This document shows, piece after piece, positions 12,299 through 24,575 of a stretch of 64,000 nucleotides of DNA. This DNA is from Rhizodiscina lignyota (Eukaryota), in contig ML978121.1 of NCBI GenBank assembly GCA_010015805.1, positions 2,666,001 to 2,730,000 of the forward strand, in the 5' to 3' direction. Position 1 is the stretch's first letter. Every line of letters begins with the position of its first letter. The notes under the pieces are model-generated. The model was not told where the DNA came from. It saw only the letters and a list, made by a program, of their open reading frames with translations, and ran no database searches. The translations under genes were made by a program, and so were the position numbers.

Positions 12299-13358
12299 TC
12301 AAATGTTGTCCTGCTCCATTTGTCGGTCGCCGTTTTCGAAGGTCTTGATTTTACCCTGATCTAGGTATACTCGAGTGAATCTTTTGTGGAAGAGAGCCTC
12401 GAATAGTTGCAAGCTGGCTGGTACTTGTTGAAGGAAGGTGGCGATTTGGCCAGGGATGGTATTTGCACTCCCATCGCCTTCATAATCTTCGTAGTCCTCG
12501 ATCTCGAGGAAGGACGCAGGCAAAGCGAGAAACGTCAGGTGAGGGAAGCTATCGAGTTTCAACTGCCTCAGAAATTGGTGAGATTCCACTATCTCTAGAG
12601 TTGGAACGATCTTGAGAGATTGAAGAGAATGCCTGTAACCCTGGAGAAATGGAACAAATCGAGATAAGCTGGTGCCGTCGTAGAAGAAGAAACTGGTTTG
12701 GCAGCAGAAGCTCTTAAGGGCCTTACTCATCTGGACCATATCCATGACGGGACCGCTGTCAAGTAAAACGCCTTCCAATTCCACTTCTTGCAATGCGCAC
12801 TGATATTCCAGGATGTGACAATGCAAAGGCATTTCGTCGTACTCGTCTCCTCCAACATTTCGACATACAAGCTTCCGAAGCCGGGGGAGTCCCAAAAATG
12901 AGGTAGCTACCGTGAAACTTAGGCGGGCTGTCCAGTGATTTCTGGAATAGCCCAGCTCGAGCGTGTGAAGCTTTGACAGTATACAGAAGTCTGTCATCTG
13001 ATTCGTTGATACCGCAAGTAGTCGTGAAAGGACGAATTGCGTCACGAAGGATTGCGACGTTCATCGAGATGCTTGTCGGGAGCTCGGTCTCAGTCTCGTT
13101 GGTATATGTGAAGACCTTGACGTAGGAAGCGAGCTCTGGCCGTGCTGCAAACGTCCTCAACAAAAGGAGGAGCTGCCCGCTGCCATCAATCAAGATACTC
13201 GAGTAGAAGATACTCTCTGCACAAGGACGGAGCACTCGACATGCCTTCAAGAGGCTGAGATGATCCGTTTGAGACACATAAGTGAAGATCTCATCGAGCA
13301 GTTCATTCGGTAGCTTCAGCATTGCGCTTGACTTGATCTGGGATTGTTTTGTAAGCAT
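12299..13358 (-). pseudogene. F-box/LRR-like protein, frameshifted
   Basis: LKLPNELLDEIF..LLKACRVLR F-box and LLLRTFAARPELASYVK; the LRR-like C-half (LHTLELG, LPRLRKL, LQSLKI, FPHLTFLAL) lies in another frame, overlapping at ~12960-13045, and no frame-correcting intron was found. Confidence 0.6.
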
Positions 13359-14589
13359 ATAGTTAGATGGTAGCGGTTTTCAATAAGGACTTACGAGAGA
13401 CTGAGTATGAGCAGAGAGTGAGTTGTCCTTGATGTGGAGGATGTTGAAATAAGGAACGTGGTTGGCATTTAGGTCACAATCCTTTATACCCCTGCCACTC
13501 GTGTGTTCGCAGGCAGGCGCGGAGTTTTGAGAAGTTATGTCGTTGTTCGACCTGTGCGCGAGTTCACTTCCTGAACCACATGCAGCTTGTTAATAGCTGA
13601 AAGCAAGTTTGATTTCGAGATAAGCCAATTATTGGACTTGCATAGCTTCTGGTTGCTGTTTTGGTGCGCGCGGCTGCTTCACCCAACTCAAGCAGTTGCA
13701 ATATACTCAATGAATAAGTATCATTCACCACTATGGCCATTAAGAGTGAAGACAGTCATGCGACTTATCGTACCTCTGTGAGCAGCACTCCCTCCAAGAT
13801 CGTGCAGCACTGCTTCGATCTTCCGAGGCAGGCTTTGCGAGTGACGCAGGCTTCTTCCATACATGATCCACTTTCAATGCCATAGCGTGTAGTTGTGGAA
13901 TAGCGTAGTTATCCCACAATCCAAGGTCTTCTTGCTTGAACATAATTTGTGGAGTCAAGGTCTACTTGGCCGGAGATGGAGGGATCTACAATTTTGCTAG
14001 TTTCAAAGGAGGAAGAGAACGCAGAGAGCCTTAGCGAGAGTGCGCGAGATGATAATATTGCTAGCGAAGAGTATTGAAGAAGGTTAAAGCTGAATGCCAC
14101 GATTCGTGGAGTGTTTGGGGTTGAACGAGGCTGGAACGCCATCGGGCAGGGTGCGAAACAAATGGAAACATCCGATCGCTCTCACCAATCTGCATTCCCC
14201 ACCGAAGCGCCCGTGTCCTTTCTGCGGCGGCGGCAATGTTGCTTGAAAGCCTCTAGGAGGACTACTTTGAATCTAACTCGCTGTTTCAATGGCTGATAGA
14301 GGCAGATTCGTGCCTGCGATGCCCTGGCTGCATGCGATTAGTTGCCTCAGCCGCTCATCTCATCCATGGATATCTCATTGTTCAAACATTCCCGTATCAA
14401 TCCAACGTTTCAAAACCGCGGCGACTGCAGCAGTGCAAGGTATGTATGCAGGTACCGGAAGATTTTACGTGTATTTCCTATGAAAGCCTTAATCGTCCAA
14501 TTTTTGTGTGCCTGAGGACTTCTTGGGCTTTTCAGTTCACTGGGTATGAGATCTACCTTTTCTAGTGGAAGCTTTTAATTGATGTTAAG

Positions 14590-15540
14590 ATGCAACTCCC
14601 ATTTTCAATCATATCGTGGGTAGCGCTATTTATTGCTCAGTCGGAAGCGAGCAAAACTGGTCACAGCGCCTCTCCTGAAGAACGCCCAAGTTTTGGCTCT
14701 GTTCTCCATCATAAAACGAATCATCAACAGCGACATCATGGCTATGCACATGGCCATCATCACAATCGACCATACTATCAACCTTACTATGGATCATTGG
14801 GTATCAACTCGACCTCGACGGTGACAACAACAGGGACTGTTGTAGTCGTGATCACTCGAACAGCCACTGCGACCCCGGCATCGGAATGTTCATCGGATCA
14901 ACCGTCCACAACGTTCACATTTGCTCCTGCAGACGCAACATCAATTCCGAACTCCTCTGCCACTTTATCGTCTCTCACGAACTCGTCTGCACTCACTGTC
15001 TCGAGCACCCTGACCTTCGCAACCCTGCCTCCTCCGAGTCAGACTTCAAGTGCAACCTCACAAATCAGCAGATCAACATCCATCTCGGTAACGCTTTCTG
15101 TGCCTCAATCTACTGAACCCCAGACGTCGCTGTCATCGCCGACTGCGACATTCGTCATCATTGGCACATCTGTTGTTCCGATTTCGTCTGCAAACTCTGG
15201 TGGTGTCGTAATTCCCGGGGGCCAATCTATCTCTACCGGGCAAGGAACAACGATACCAGATGCCACGTTCTCTTTGGAATCATCGAGCTCAATCATTGTG
15301 GCGGGTATCTCCGCACCGCCACCTGGCGCCACGGGCGAAGATACCACCCAAACTTCAACCGGGCTACCATTCGCAAGCGCAGGAACACCCACAAACGAGA
15401 ATGCGACGCTCGGTTCCACAGCTGCATCTGCCGAGCCTGAGGAGGTCAGTCGGGCAGCTGCTGCAGCTACGCCTTATACCATTCACCGGGAATTAATGGT
15501 GCTGTCATGGATGCTTGTTTCCTTCAGAGTCCTTCTATAA
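14590..15540 (+). CDS. secreted S/T-rich cell-wall protein with His-rich N-terminal segment, probable GPI anchor
   Basis: Signal peptide MQLPFSIISWVALFIAQSEA; His cluster; S/T-rich body; hydrophobic C-terminus. Confidence 0.8.
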   Translation: MQLPFSIISWVALFIAQSEASKTGHSASPEERPSFGSVLHHKTNHQQRHHGYAHGHHHNRPYYQPYYGSLGINSTSTVTTTGTVVVVITRTATATPASECSSDQPSTTFTFAPADATSIPNSSATLSSLTNSSALTVSSTLTFATLPPPSQTSSATSQISRSTSISVTLSVPQSTEPQTSLSSPTATFVIIGTSVVPISSANSGGVVIPGGQSISTGQGTTIPDATFSLESSSSIIVAGISAPPPGATGEDTTQTSTGLPFASAGTPTNENATLGSTAASAEPEEVSRAAAAATPYTIHRELMVLSWMLVSFRVLL

Positions 15541-16272
15541 GAGGGAAAAGATACCTACTGTATCCCGCAATCGCTCCATCACGTGCGGCGCCGGCAAATG
15601 ACCAACACGCTCAAAAGCTCCACGGAGATTATCTCGTAATACAGAGCACCGCTTACGTCGCCGCTATCCCTTGTCATCGATCGGTCTCGGTTTCACACGC
15701 ATGTTCCCGTACGTCTGGGAGAGCTTAAGGACCATGCGGACTTGAGCCCGACGAATGCAGGTCCATCATGCGGGACGGCACCAGGAAGGGAGGCCCCGAA
15801 CACCGCCCCCGTGTCCGGTGCAGGTTTCTACAGGCTCTCCACGTGTTTATACCCAGAGTCTAGCCTAGCCAGAACCTCACATAGATAGCGTTCGAAACAG
15901 TCAGGATTGGCGCTCTGAGACACCGGGCTGAGTCGGGCGGCGTGATTTCTGATAGCTGGCTCTCGCGAGCCTCACGAGTGCCAGATTAGGAAGATGCTTA
16001 GGACGAAAGGACATTGAGCCTTCATTGATTTCGTGGTATCATGATGTGCTTTAAAATATGTCAAACTTCGGCTGTGAACGAACGAAATGAGAATGTGAAA
16101 CGCCACCCGCCAACAACCGACCGACACCCACTCGATCGATCGCCACCATGCTCGTCACCATGCAGCAGCCTTTTCTCCGGTTCACCCTGCTGGCCTGCAG
16201 GCAGGTCTTATTCCCGTCTTAGAAGCTCATTCGACCTTGGTGCTGCAGTCGGAACCTCGCTTCCAAGCGACT

Positions 16273-16491
16273 CTAGCTGCCTTTCCCGGAACTTTCCTTC
16301 GAGGACTCCTTGTCTTTATCGCTTTCCTGTTGCTGCTGCGCGGCAGCCCGGGCCGACTCAGGTAGTGGTATTGGAAACGGGGCGTACGGGAGCTGGTATT
16401 GAGGTGCTCCAGCAGTAGTCGCCGTCTGGCCAGGAGTAGAAGTACCGCTGCTGGAAGCAGACGAGGTATTTGTGTTCTTCCCAGAACCCAT
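16273..16491 (-). CDS. small low-complexity hypothetical protein (72 aa)
   Basis: ATG ORF with protein-like S/T, PY/PF, poly-Q and charged blocks; minus-strand TATAA near 16710 and CT-rich leader. Confidence 0.45.
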   Translation of the reverse strand: MGSGKNTNTSSASSSGTSTPGQTATTAGAPQYQLPYAPFPIPLPESARAAAQQQQESDKDKESSKESSGKGS

Positions 16492-19196
16492 GACTCCGGT
16501 ATCGCCAGCGTCTGGGGAAGTTGGTAGTGCCGGGGTCGGACGGGTCGAAGCGTTGGTGCCCGCAGCGTAAGCGAAAGGCTGCAGAAGTTGGAATCAAAGG
16601 ACAGTAGGCTGACTGAGGATGATATAAAGGTCTTCGCCAATCAATGTCTGACTTGAGGGATAGAGTATGACTGAGTGACTTCAAGGTGACTTGTTGATGT
16701 TTATCTGCCTTATATGCCTGAACCTGACGGATATGAGATGGGCTTTAAGAACCTAACGCAGCCATGACGTTCCCAGAACTATATACCCCCTCCCCATCCC
16801 AAAGTGGAAACGATGACATGGAAACCGAACAACCAAGAGGCGACAGGGCTTACTGCTTGCGAATACACCATGGCGTAAACGATCTTACTCACGATTGGTT
16901 CCGCAACACCGTAGTGCCGCAAATTCATTCGAGTCAACAGACTCGGTCTGGGTTCGGGTCTAGGATTGCATCTCTGTATGCGGGCCGCATACGTATCAGG
17001 GCTGAGTATATTCGCCACGCCTTGGCTTCGGACGTTGGTCATGGAGCGAAAAAGAAGTGTTCCACCCTTGCGATCCCGATCAGATGTAACGCCGCCGCCA
17101 TCGCGAGGTTACGAGAGAACATAGCGGAGTGGCATGGTAGGCACGAGAAATAAAGCCGCACCGCAAGATCTCCAGAAGCCGCGCGAAGGTGGTAGGGTAT
17201 CTGATTGGAAAGCAATTGGAAATTGCCCCCCAAGCCTCGAGGGTTGTTGAGTCGTCCAGCGTGGTGGTTAGTGCTAACGGAAGCTTGTTTAGTCTCGCAT
17301 GTCAGGCACCGCGGTTTTGGGCGGTCAAACGGCCGCTGGAAGCCATGACGATGCGTGTCGATTTCGGTGTGAGAAGTGGCACTTTCGCGAAAGCACGGAA
17401 TGGGACGTTAGTAGGCATGCCAAATCCTGGTTGACGACTGAAATGTCACGGCTCCGCTCAGGATGCGTCAAGATGCGAGATCTAGCGGCAAGGGTGCTGG
17501 TGCATACTGCACTGCTAGGCGAGTTTGCAGATTGCAGACTGATGGACCAGGAGAGCAGTTTTCTTGGACGTTAAGCCTCGAAGCTGAGATGCGCCGCAAT
17601 TCCGAGGCGATGTGAGCGAGCGTAAGGATTTGACCAGGTTACTAATCGGTCAGTGCGGCATTGAACGGCCATGACGGCCACCTACTGCTGCTGAGTAACG
17701 TCCGAGGCCAGACGAGCTGTTCCCTGATTGGGCAAGCGATTGTCAAATATGCATGTAATGCAGGGTATGAGGTGAGTGATAGGCCTCACTCGCACAACGT
17801 CGCTCGGAATGCTCTCGTTCGGCCTGCCTGAAATTCAGGAGACTCGGGCCAATCTCGCGAGGCCAGCCGGCTTAATGGAGGTTCATTTTTCGCCTCGGAT
17901 GAAAGAGGAAAGTGGGATATTGGAGCGTTGGGCAGGGCTGTTCTGTAAGACGCACCGCTATAAGTTTCGTCGTGCGATGTGCATACCCCCTCCGGAGCTC
18001 ACTAGTCGCGCGCATACATGATAGCTCAGCTCGCAACTTCTTACTCCTTCACCTTAGATAAGTCGCAATTTCCTTTTTTTGCATGCAAAGCATTATCGAA
18101 TGATTCTTGAGTATTTCTGATGATTACTTTCCGGATTGAAAATGAATCAGGCTAGTCTCCCGCTTCTGCTTGCGCTATCTCACAAAAGTGTAGCTCCGTG
18201 GCAGCGTCCTCATGCCGCATGCGGATGCACCTCCACGCTTCGGAGCCGCATCCTGCAGCTTCGTATTCAACATCCGATCTTTTTCCGCTCCCCAGTCGCA
18301 GGTCGATGGCGTAGTGAACGCGATTAAAACTAACCTACTCCCTCATTGTTCCGCAGTCAAGAGGTGCTGTTGGTCGCAATTTGGAATTTCTCCACAAGCT
18401 TGGCAGAGTTATGGGTGCGAAGACTCTTGCATGTTCCATGCGGAACGACCCGAATCTCTGCAAGCGCATCAAATCAAAACACACATTTGGCACGTATTGA
18501 TGATTGGCAGGAGATGCCGTGCGCAGTTTCTGTTATGCTCTTCACACTTCGATTCGGCCAAAGACGGCTGTCCCGTCCCACGCGATGTTTCTACTGCGGC
18601 GACTTCCAGTCAAGATCGTGATTGAGATTGAGTCAGCTTTCAGTGACCATTTCGAGCAGCATCTATCCGTTCGAGTCGTTCAAAAACTTCTTTATCTTTG
18701 GCTGCAATCGAAGCGCTGCGAATGAATTGACGTCACACATCGTCTTCGGACTTCGGACGGAATGGCTGGAGGCGGTATCTTGCCTTGGGTGGCAACACGG
18801 CATTAGGTTGAGATCGCTCACACCGCTAGTAACACATGAGTCTTGGAATGGGGTCAAACGGACTGGTTGCACGGGCCCAGCCTCCGAGGCATGGACGTCT
18901 AGAACAGCTTCTGGTCCCGAATATCGAGTCAGGGGCGACTTCATCTTGCAAAATGCGCGATATTCTATCGTGAATTCTCTTCAGAGACCCACTACCACAG
19001 CCCTAAGACAAGGTTGAAGGAGACCACCACCGAACAAAGCAATGTAACTCGCTCGGGTAGGACAAGCGGTCCATAAGTTCCCTGTTGTCCTCCAGGAGAC
19101 GCCGAGGAGCTTGAGGATGATGTTGCCCTGGACGGAGATGATTAAAATTGGTTCCGATCTGAATATATACATGCAAAGCTGACGCGGTGAAAAATC

Positions 19197-19871
19197 TTAC
19201 ACCGTCTGCGCCGTCTGCGTGCTGGGGGGCGACGAGGTGCTGCTGCTGCCGCTGCCACCACCGCCATTTGCCTGCAACATGTAAGCCTGTCACCAATCTC
19301 AGAAGCTACGTGTCCTTCTCACCAAGGCTTGGATCATTTGGTTCCTCACAAGGTCGGCTTGAAAAGCCGCCTTCAACTGTTGGAGCTTTGGTTTATCGGT
19401 AGGAGGATCACCCATGAGTTGATTCGCTAGGATATATCCTTTTACTTGAGATTCTTCTAGTTGCGCCAGACTAGGCAAGACAGCACTATCGCTGGTGGCG
19501 AGTTTCTGACTGTCTGCTCGAATTTGGATACTCGTACTGACCAAAGTCATTAGAGAGCTATGTTTCTCGTTAATTAGGCTGCTAGCCCTCGGCCAAGCCT
19601 ATAAATTACGAACCTTTGTCGCGTTGAATGATTGATTGTCCGTTATTCCGCTCTGTTGCATCTGCTGGATCATCTCTACGGTAGCGATTTGGCTTTGCTG
19701 CGCCATAATATTGACACCAACATTAAGAGCCAGGAGCTTCTCTGGCGTGAGCGATGAATTTGTCGGTGCTTGACGTCGGACTGTCTCCCCATAGCCCGTT
19801 GAAAACGTATTCGCTGCACCTCTGGCTACGAGAAAGATCATTGGGAGCCAAATGATGGCTCGAAACAACAT
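19197..19871 (-). CDS. small secreted helical protein (candidate effector), 3 exons
   Basis: Signal peptide and VRR Kex2-like site; inferred introns 19566-19613 and 19287-19322 join ..FNATK / KHSSLMTLV..IQAL / AYMLQANGGGGS..TV*; the first acceptor is ambiguous. Confidence 0.55.
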
Positions 19872-21498
19872 AGTAGAAAGAACAATCGTATGGAGCTATA
19901 GGAAAGGTAAAGCTTTACCAGGAGGATGCTAGGGCTCTTAAACCTCCACCAGGTCGACTTTAGAACGAGGTACCAATCATTACCATCGATTCAGCTGCCG
20001 AAACAAGATGCACAGGAGACGGATGCAGCCAGTCAGAATCCCCTTGTATCATGATCTAGGCAAAACAGAACAGAACATGTCGGAAATGCTCCCCACAGTC
20101 CTGGCGTTTGAATTGGTAGTGACGGAGCTTAAATGAGGCAATGAGCGTTCAGCGTTTCGGAGATCAACATCTGAGGCAGGTAATACTAAGCTAAATGAGC
20201 AGAATTCATCGAGCGCCTAACAAGTCTTAGAGAGATGCCCATGTCCTGCCGTTTCAATGCTGTTTCATGTGGAATCGGCAGCATGAAAGGGGTGGACAAG
20301 ACTTGAGGTGAGGTCGCCGTCGGGTCGGAACTTCGGAAGCTAGATTCTCCTTTCGGAGTTCGGTCGGGATTGCACGTGGTAGGATAGGGAGACGACCGGG
20401 GGAAATCCGAACGACGTCAGATATGCAGTTGCCCGTACACCAACCATCGACAATGATCCTTGTATCTTACCTGTTATTTGGAAGCGGCTTTATTTAAATT
20501 TATCTCCATGGCATCTTGCTCGATTAAGCAATAGCTCGAGGAAGATTTCCACTCTTGACCGCGATGGCTTGGAACACCCGAATTATCTACGACTCGCCCG
20601 TAAGCTCAGCCAAAGGGGCGAAATAAGCTGTTCGCGAGAGACAGGTTCGATGATGAGCAGAGTCCGCCATCCTATTTGAGCCGACTTGCGAGAATTAACA
20701 CGTTGACGGCTCAGCTTTCCGCAACGAGGAGCACACTATGCCACAGAGTGAGCTTTTCACCTTGCTTACTGTCTTGCCTTCTCTAAGGAGAAGCACATTG
20801 AGTTCGGAGTATGGAAGCGCCAAGATTCTGGATATATAGGTCTCGTCGACGCGTGCAGCATCTATTCAGATGTGTTACCTATCTACACGTTGTGTACGGA
20901 CTTCGCGATATTGGGCTCTCATTGCCGTGTACGCTGACTCCGATGACACGCTTGCCAAACTCAAGCCGACGATTCAACATAGATCCAGCACCATCCAACT
21001 CTCAATGAAAGTCAGATGAATAGTACGGCTATAATAACCATATCTGTCAAGTCCATGTATTACTGCCTAAGAGATTTTCGCATTCATCACTGTGGAGCAC
21101 GAAACCACGAAGGCCCAGAGGGTGCTCTGATGGAGTCGATTGAAAGGGAGAGTAATCTATGAGAGAGGGGAAAAGCCAATATATGATGCGAAGCCATGAC
21201 GCCAACGCCGTCACCTGCGGAAGGTGTAGCAAAATAGCGATGCTAACACCCCTTTGACAGTTATCATTAACACGAAGCGTCTACTCATGAGTCATGATCA
21301 GATTAGCTTTTACTCCACGCACGCATAGCAATTCACTCCTGCTACAGCTCAGTATTTGTGGGATAATAGCTTTTAGCTTTACTAACGTTTCTTCTTTTTC
21401 CTTGTTGTTCATTACTTTTTTCGGCCCTTTAATGTGACTACACTTTTACTTATCATTTGCACTTTGGCAACACCTTGCTACAGTTTCATCGCACCAAG

Positions 21499-22364
21499 AT
21501 GGCGGCAAAGACCCGCAAACGGGCTCGCTTTCAGCATTCTCGTACTTGCCAATGGCAAAAGGAGACAGATGATTCAAACATTCAGCAAAAAGAACCAAAC
21601 CCACAGTGTTTGACATGCGGTGAGGACTTAGACGACAACTCTTCAGCTCCACGATCCTTCACGAAGAGCTGCCAACATGAGATGCACACATGCTTCACGT
21701 GCATGCAACAATGGATCCGATCGCAGCTTGAAGACAAGACTTGGGACACGCTAGCCTGCCCGGAGTGCCCAGAACGTCTGGAGCACGATGATGTTCACCA
21801 ATTCGCTGATGAGAGGACCTTTGACAGGTGAATTGATTCATGAATTGATTCATGACATCAGACATGTTGTGGTGCTAACACACCCTGTAGATATGACTTG
21901 CTCTCCCTGAGAGCTTCCGCTGGTGTGTTTCGCCTGCCTGTTCGTCCGGCCAATTTCATCCTGCGGCGGCCGAAGCTCCCATATTCACCTGCAATGCTTG
22001 TAGGCATAAAGCTTGTGCAGTATGTGACCGAAACTGGCACGAGGGCGAGACTTGCCAACAGTTCGATGCACGCTTCGCAGCGAATAAGGAGGCTTCTAAT
22101 CAGTCAGAGGTGATGCTGAACACGCTGTCCAAGCCATGTCCAGGTCAAAATTGCCGGTGGAGGATCCAGAAGAATGGCGGATGCGAGCATATGACGTGTA
22201 GGCTCTCATATTTCACCGTTATTTGCATTCAATATTCCTACTAATTCATATTCACGACAGGCTCACGTTGTCGTCATAAATCCTGCTGGGAATGTTTGGG
22301 ACAGATCGTCAGCCATGGTAACCATCTGCACAAGAAAACTTGCCGATTTTACGGGGCTCCGTAG
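21499..22364 (+). pseudogene. RBR (RING1-IBR-RING2) E3 ubiquitin ligase, frameshifted
   Basis: RING1 CLTC..CQH..CFTC..CPEC; IBR FRWC..CSSG..CNAC..CAVC..WH..TC; RING2 KPCP..GGCEHMTCSRC..CWEC; introns 21828-21890 and 22198-22260; frame break at ~21913. Confidence 0.85.
21829..21855 (+). repeat. 12-bp tandem duplication TGAATTGATTCA in RBR intron 1
   Basis: gtgaattgattcatgaattgattcatga read directly. Confidence 0.85.
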
Positions 22365-23111
22365 ATCTATAATGCAAGACAGCATACGGATAAGACAGCT
22401 TCGACAACTTTCAAATTGAACTTGGGTTTCAGCACCATTGCAGTGTGTTGAGCGAAACTGGAATTCACATATTCAAGTACCTTTCATTCAAAGAGCTCGA
22501 GCCGCTCGCTTCGGTCCGGACGATATCTTCGCCGGTCTTTTATCATTAGAATTAGTACTCAAACTCTTACGCCGGTTAACGCGCAGCTGCTCTCCAAATT
22601 CCAGCGGTTCGTCAAGAAACGGTGCGGTCATAAGCACATACTGATTGAGAGACATGATAGATTGGACAAGCTCAAATTCTCTCAGCATCTTAAAATCTAC
22701 GCTGATGCAGTAGACTTCACAGGCTCCCATAACTTGCCTGTATGCCGGTATTTTAGCGCCTTATTGCTACCCTTGAGCTAGACTCTACTTGCGCACAAAA
22801 ACTCTCAAGCCTGTCACAACTCCCAGGGGCTTTCCATGCACACGTATTAATACCTCTCAGCCTGTTTCAATCTCCGACTTTTTCTTCCTCACCACTACTC
22901 ACATCTCTATTTTCACTTGTATCTTCACTCTTCAACACAGCTTCAAGCCAATAGGAGCTTCATCAAACAACACCTTCCAGCATTACTCACACCTCTATCA
23001 ACCAAATATCCTCGTCGAAACCATCAAATACACCTTCAGGGTATCAACTCCAAAACTCTAATCAATCTCGAATATCTCATCACCACAGATCAAGGACACG
23101 CTGTTAGACAG

Positions 23112-24092
23112 ATGGCTAGACGTTTGTGGGGCTTGCATCTGCCTTCTGATGATCTCGATAATGCCGATAAACCGGAAAAGAACGTTCGACTAAAACGTGA
23201 GCGAAGTTCTTCTGAGGATCTAGAAGAGCAAGTATCTCACAAGAAACAACGCACTGATGAGCCTGTCGGTAACAAGCAGTGCATTAGCTGCACGGAAACT
23301 TTATCAAAGCAGAGCTTTGCATCTTCTCTTTTGGCATGCGACCATGCAGCGACTGTCTGCCTCTCGTGCTTCACGAATTGGATTCGAGTTAGGATCGATG
23401 AGGGGAATTGGAAGGCGATTCCATGTCCTGAGTGCTCCCGAACACTGTCGTATGGTGATCTGCTTGATCTCCTAAAGGAGGTGCCGAAGCTCTTTGAGCG
23501 GTAAGACACCTTTCTCCTACCGTTGAGGTATTCCGCTGACAAACGTAACAGCTACGACACCCTCATTACCCGGGACGCCATCTCTTCCGATTCAACATTT
23601 CGCTACTGTCTTGCGCCAGGATGTGCGTCAGACCAGTTCCATCCTCGTGGCACCGACGAGCCGATCTTCACGTGCGAAGCTTGTGGGTTCAAAGCTTGTG
23701 TCGTTCACGAGTGCGCTTGGCATGCAGGCGAGACGTGCAGTGACTTTGGAGAGAGGAAGGAGAAGGAGGAATCAGCGCAACGACGACGCGATGAGAAGGC
23801 ATCCATAGCTGCAGTGAAGCAAGACTCAAAGGAGTGTCCAAATAAGGAGTGCAAAGTGAGGATCACCAAGTATGGAGGATGCGATCACATGACGTGTGAG
23901 TAAGCTCATTGGCCTTGGAAGTTCAGGAGATTGACAGAAACAACAGGTTCTCGCTGCAAGCATGAGTTCTGCTGGGAATGTCTCGCCCGTTACGATGAGA
24001 TTGCCAGTCGTGGAAACCACAAGCACCGCAAGGGCTGCAGTTATCACCGCCCTTATCGCGTGCCCGGTTATCAGCCACCGGAGATTCCTTGA
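23112..24092 (+). CDS. RBR (RING1-IBR-RING2) E3 ubiquitin ligase, intact paralog
   Basis: Introns 23501-23551 and 23896-23946 at the same positions as in the upstream copy; CISC..CDH..CLSC..CPEC, FRYC..CEAC..WH..TC, GGCDHMTCSRCKHEFCWEC. Confidence 0.9.
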
Positions 24093-24575
24093 GTGCACAT
24101 ATTTACGACGGAATACGCAGTTTGACTATTTGGTGATGGGATTTCTCTACACTTGTGAATGCTGCTATATTCTTCATATGGAGACGGCGTTGGAACGGGG
24201 GCCTTCTACCAAGAAGTGGTTAACTGGTTTGAAGGTTATTCAGTATATCTCATTTCTATCATGGTAACTATTCTACAGTCCCTCTCAGTCCATTGATCTA
24301 GGTTTGTTCATCTTTCTATGTGGGAAATGGTGACAGTGGTTCTTCAGATTATTCTCGTATTTGAACATTATTGGTTGTGCCTATGTTTACATATCTCGTT
24401 TGGTCTCATCGGACCCATTACCCATAAAACATTGTCGTATCCCATTGACCCATTCCAAAAGCGGGTTTTGTGAAAACTCCGGCCCAATGCACGCTCAATA
24501 TCGCAGCAATTTTTCGCTCGATCCAAAATCAGTCTGAAAGCCATCCAGTAGCTTATCGTCGTTCCGCATGTCAAT

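Noticed and set aside
16764..17153. 129-aa ATG ORF
   Set aside because: No codon bias or motif; cannot be supported
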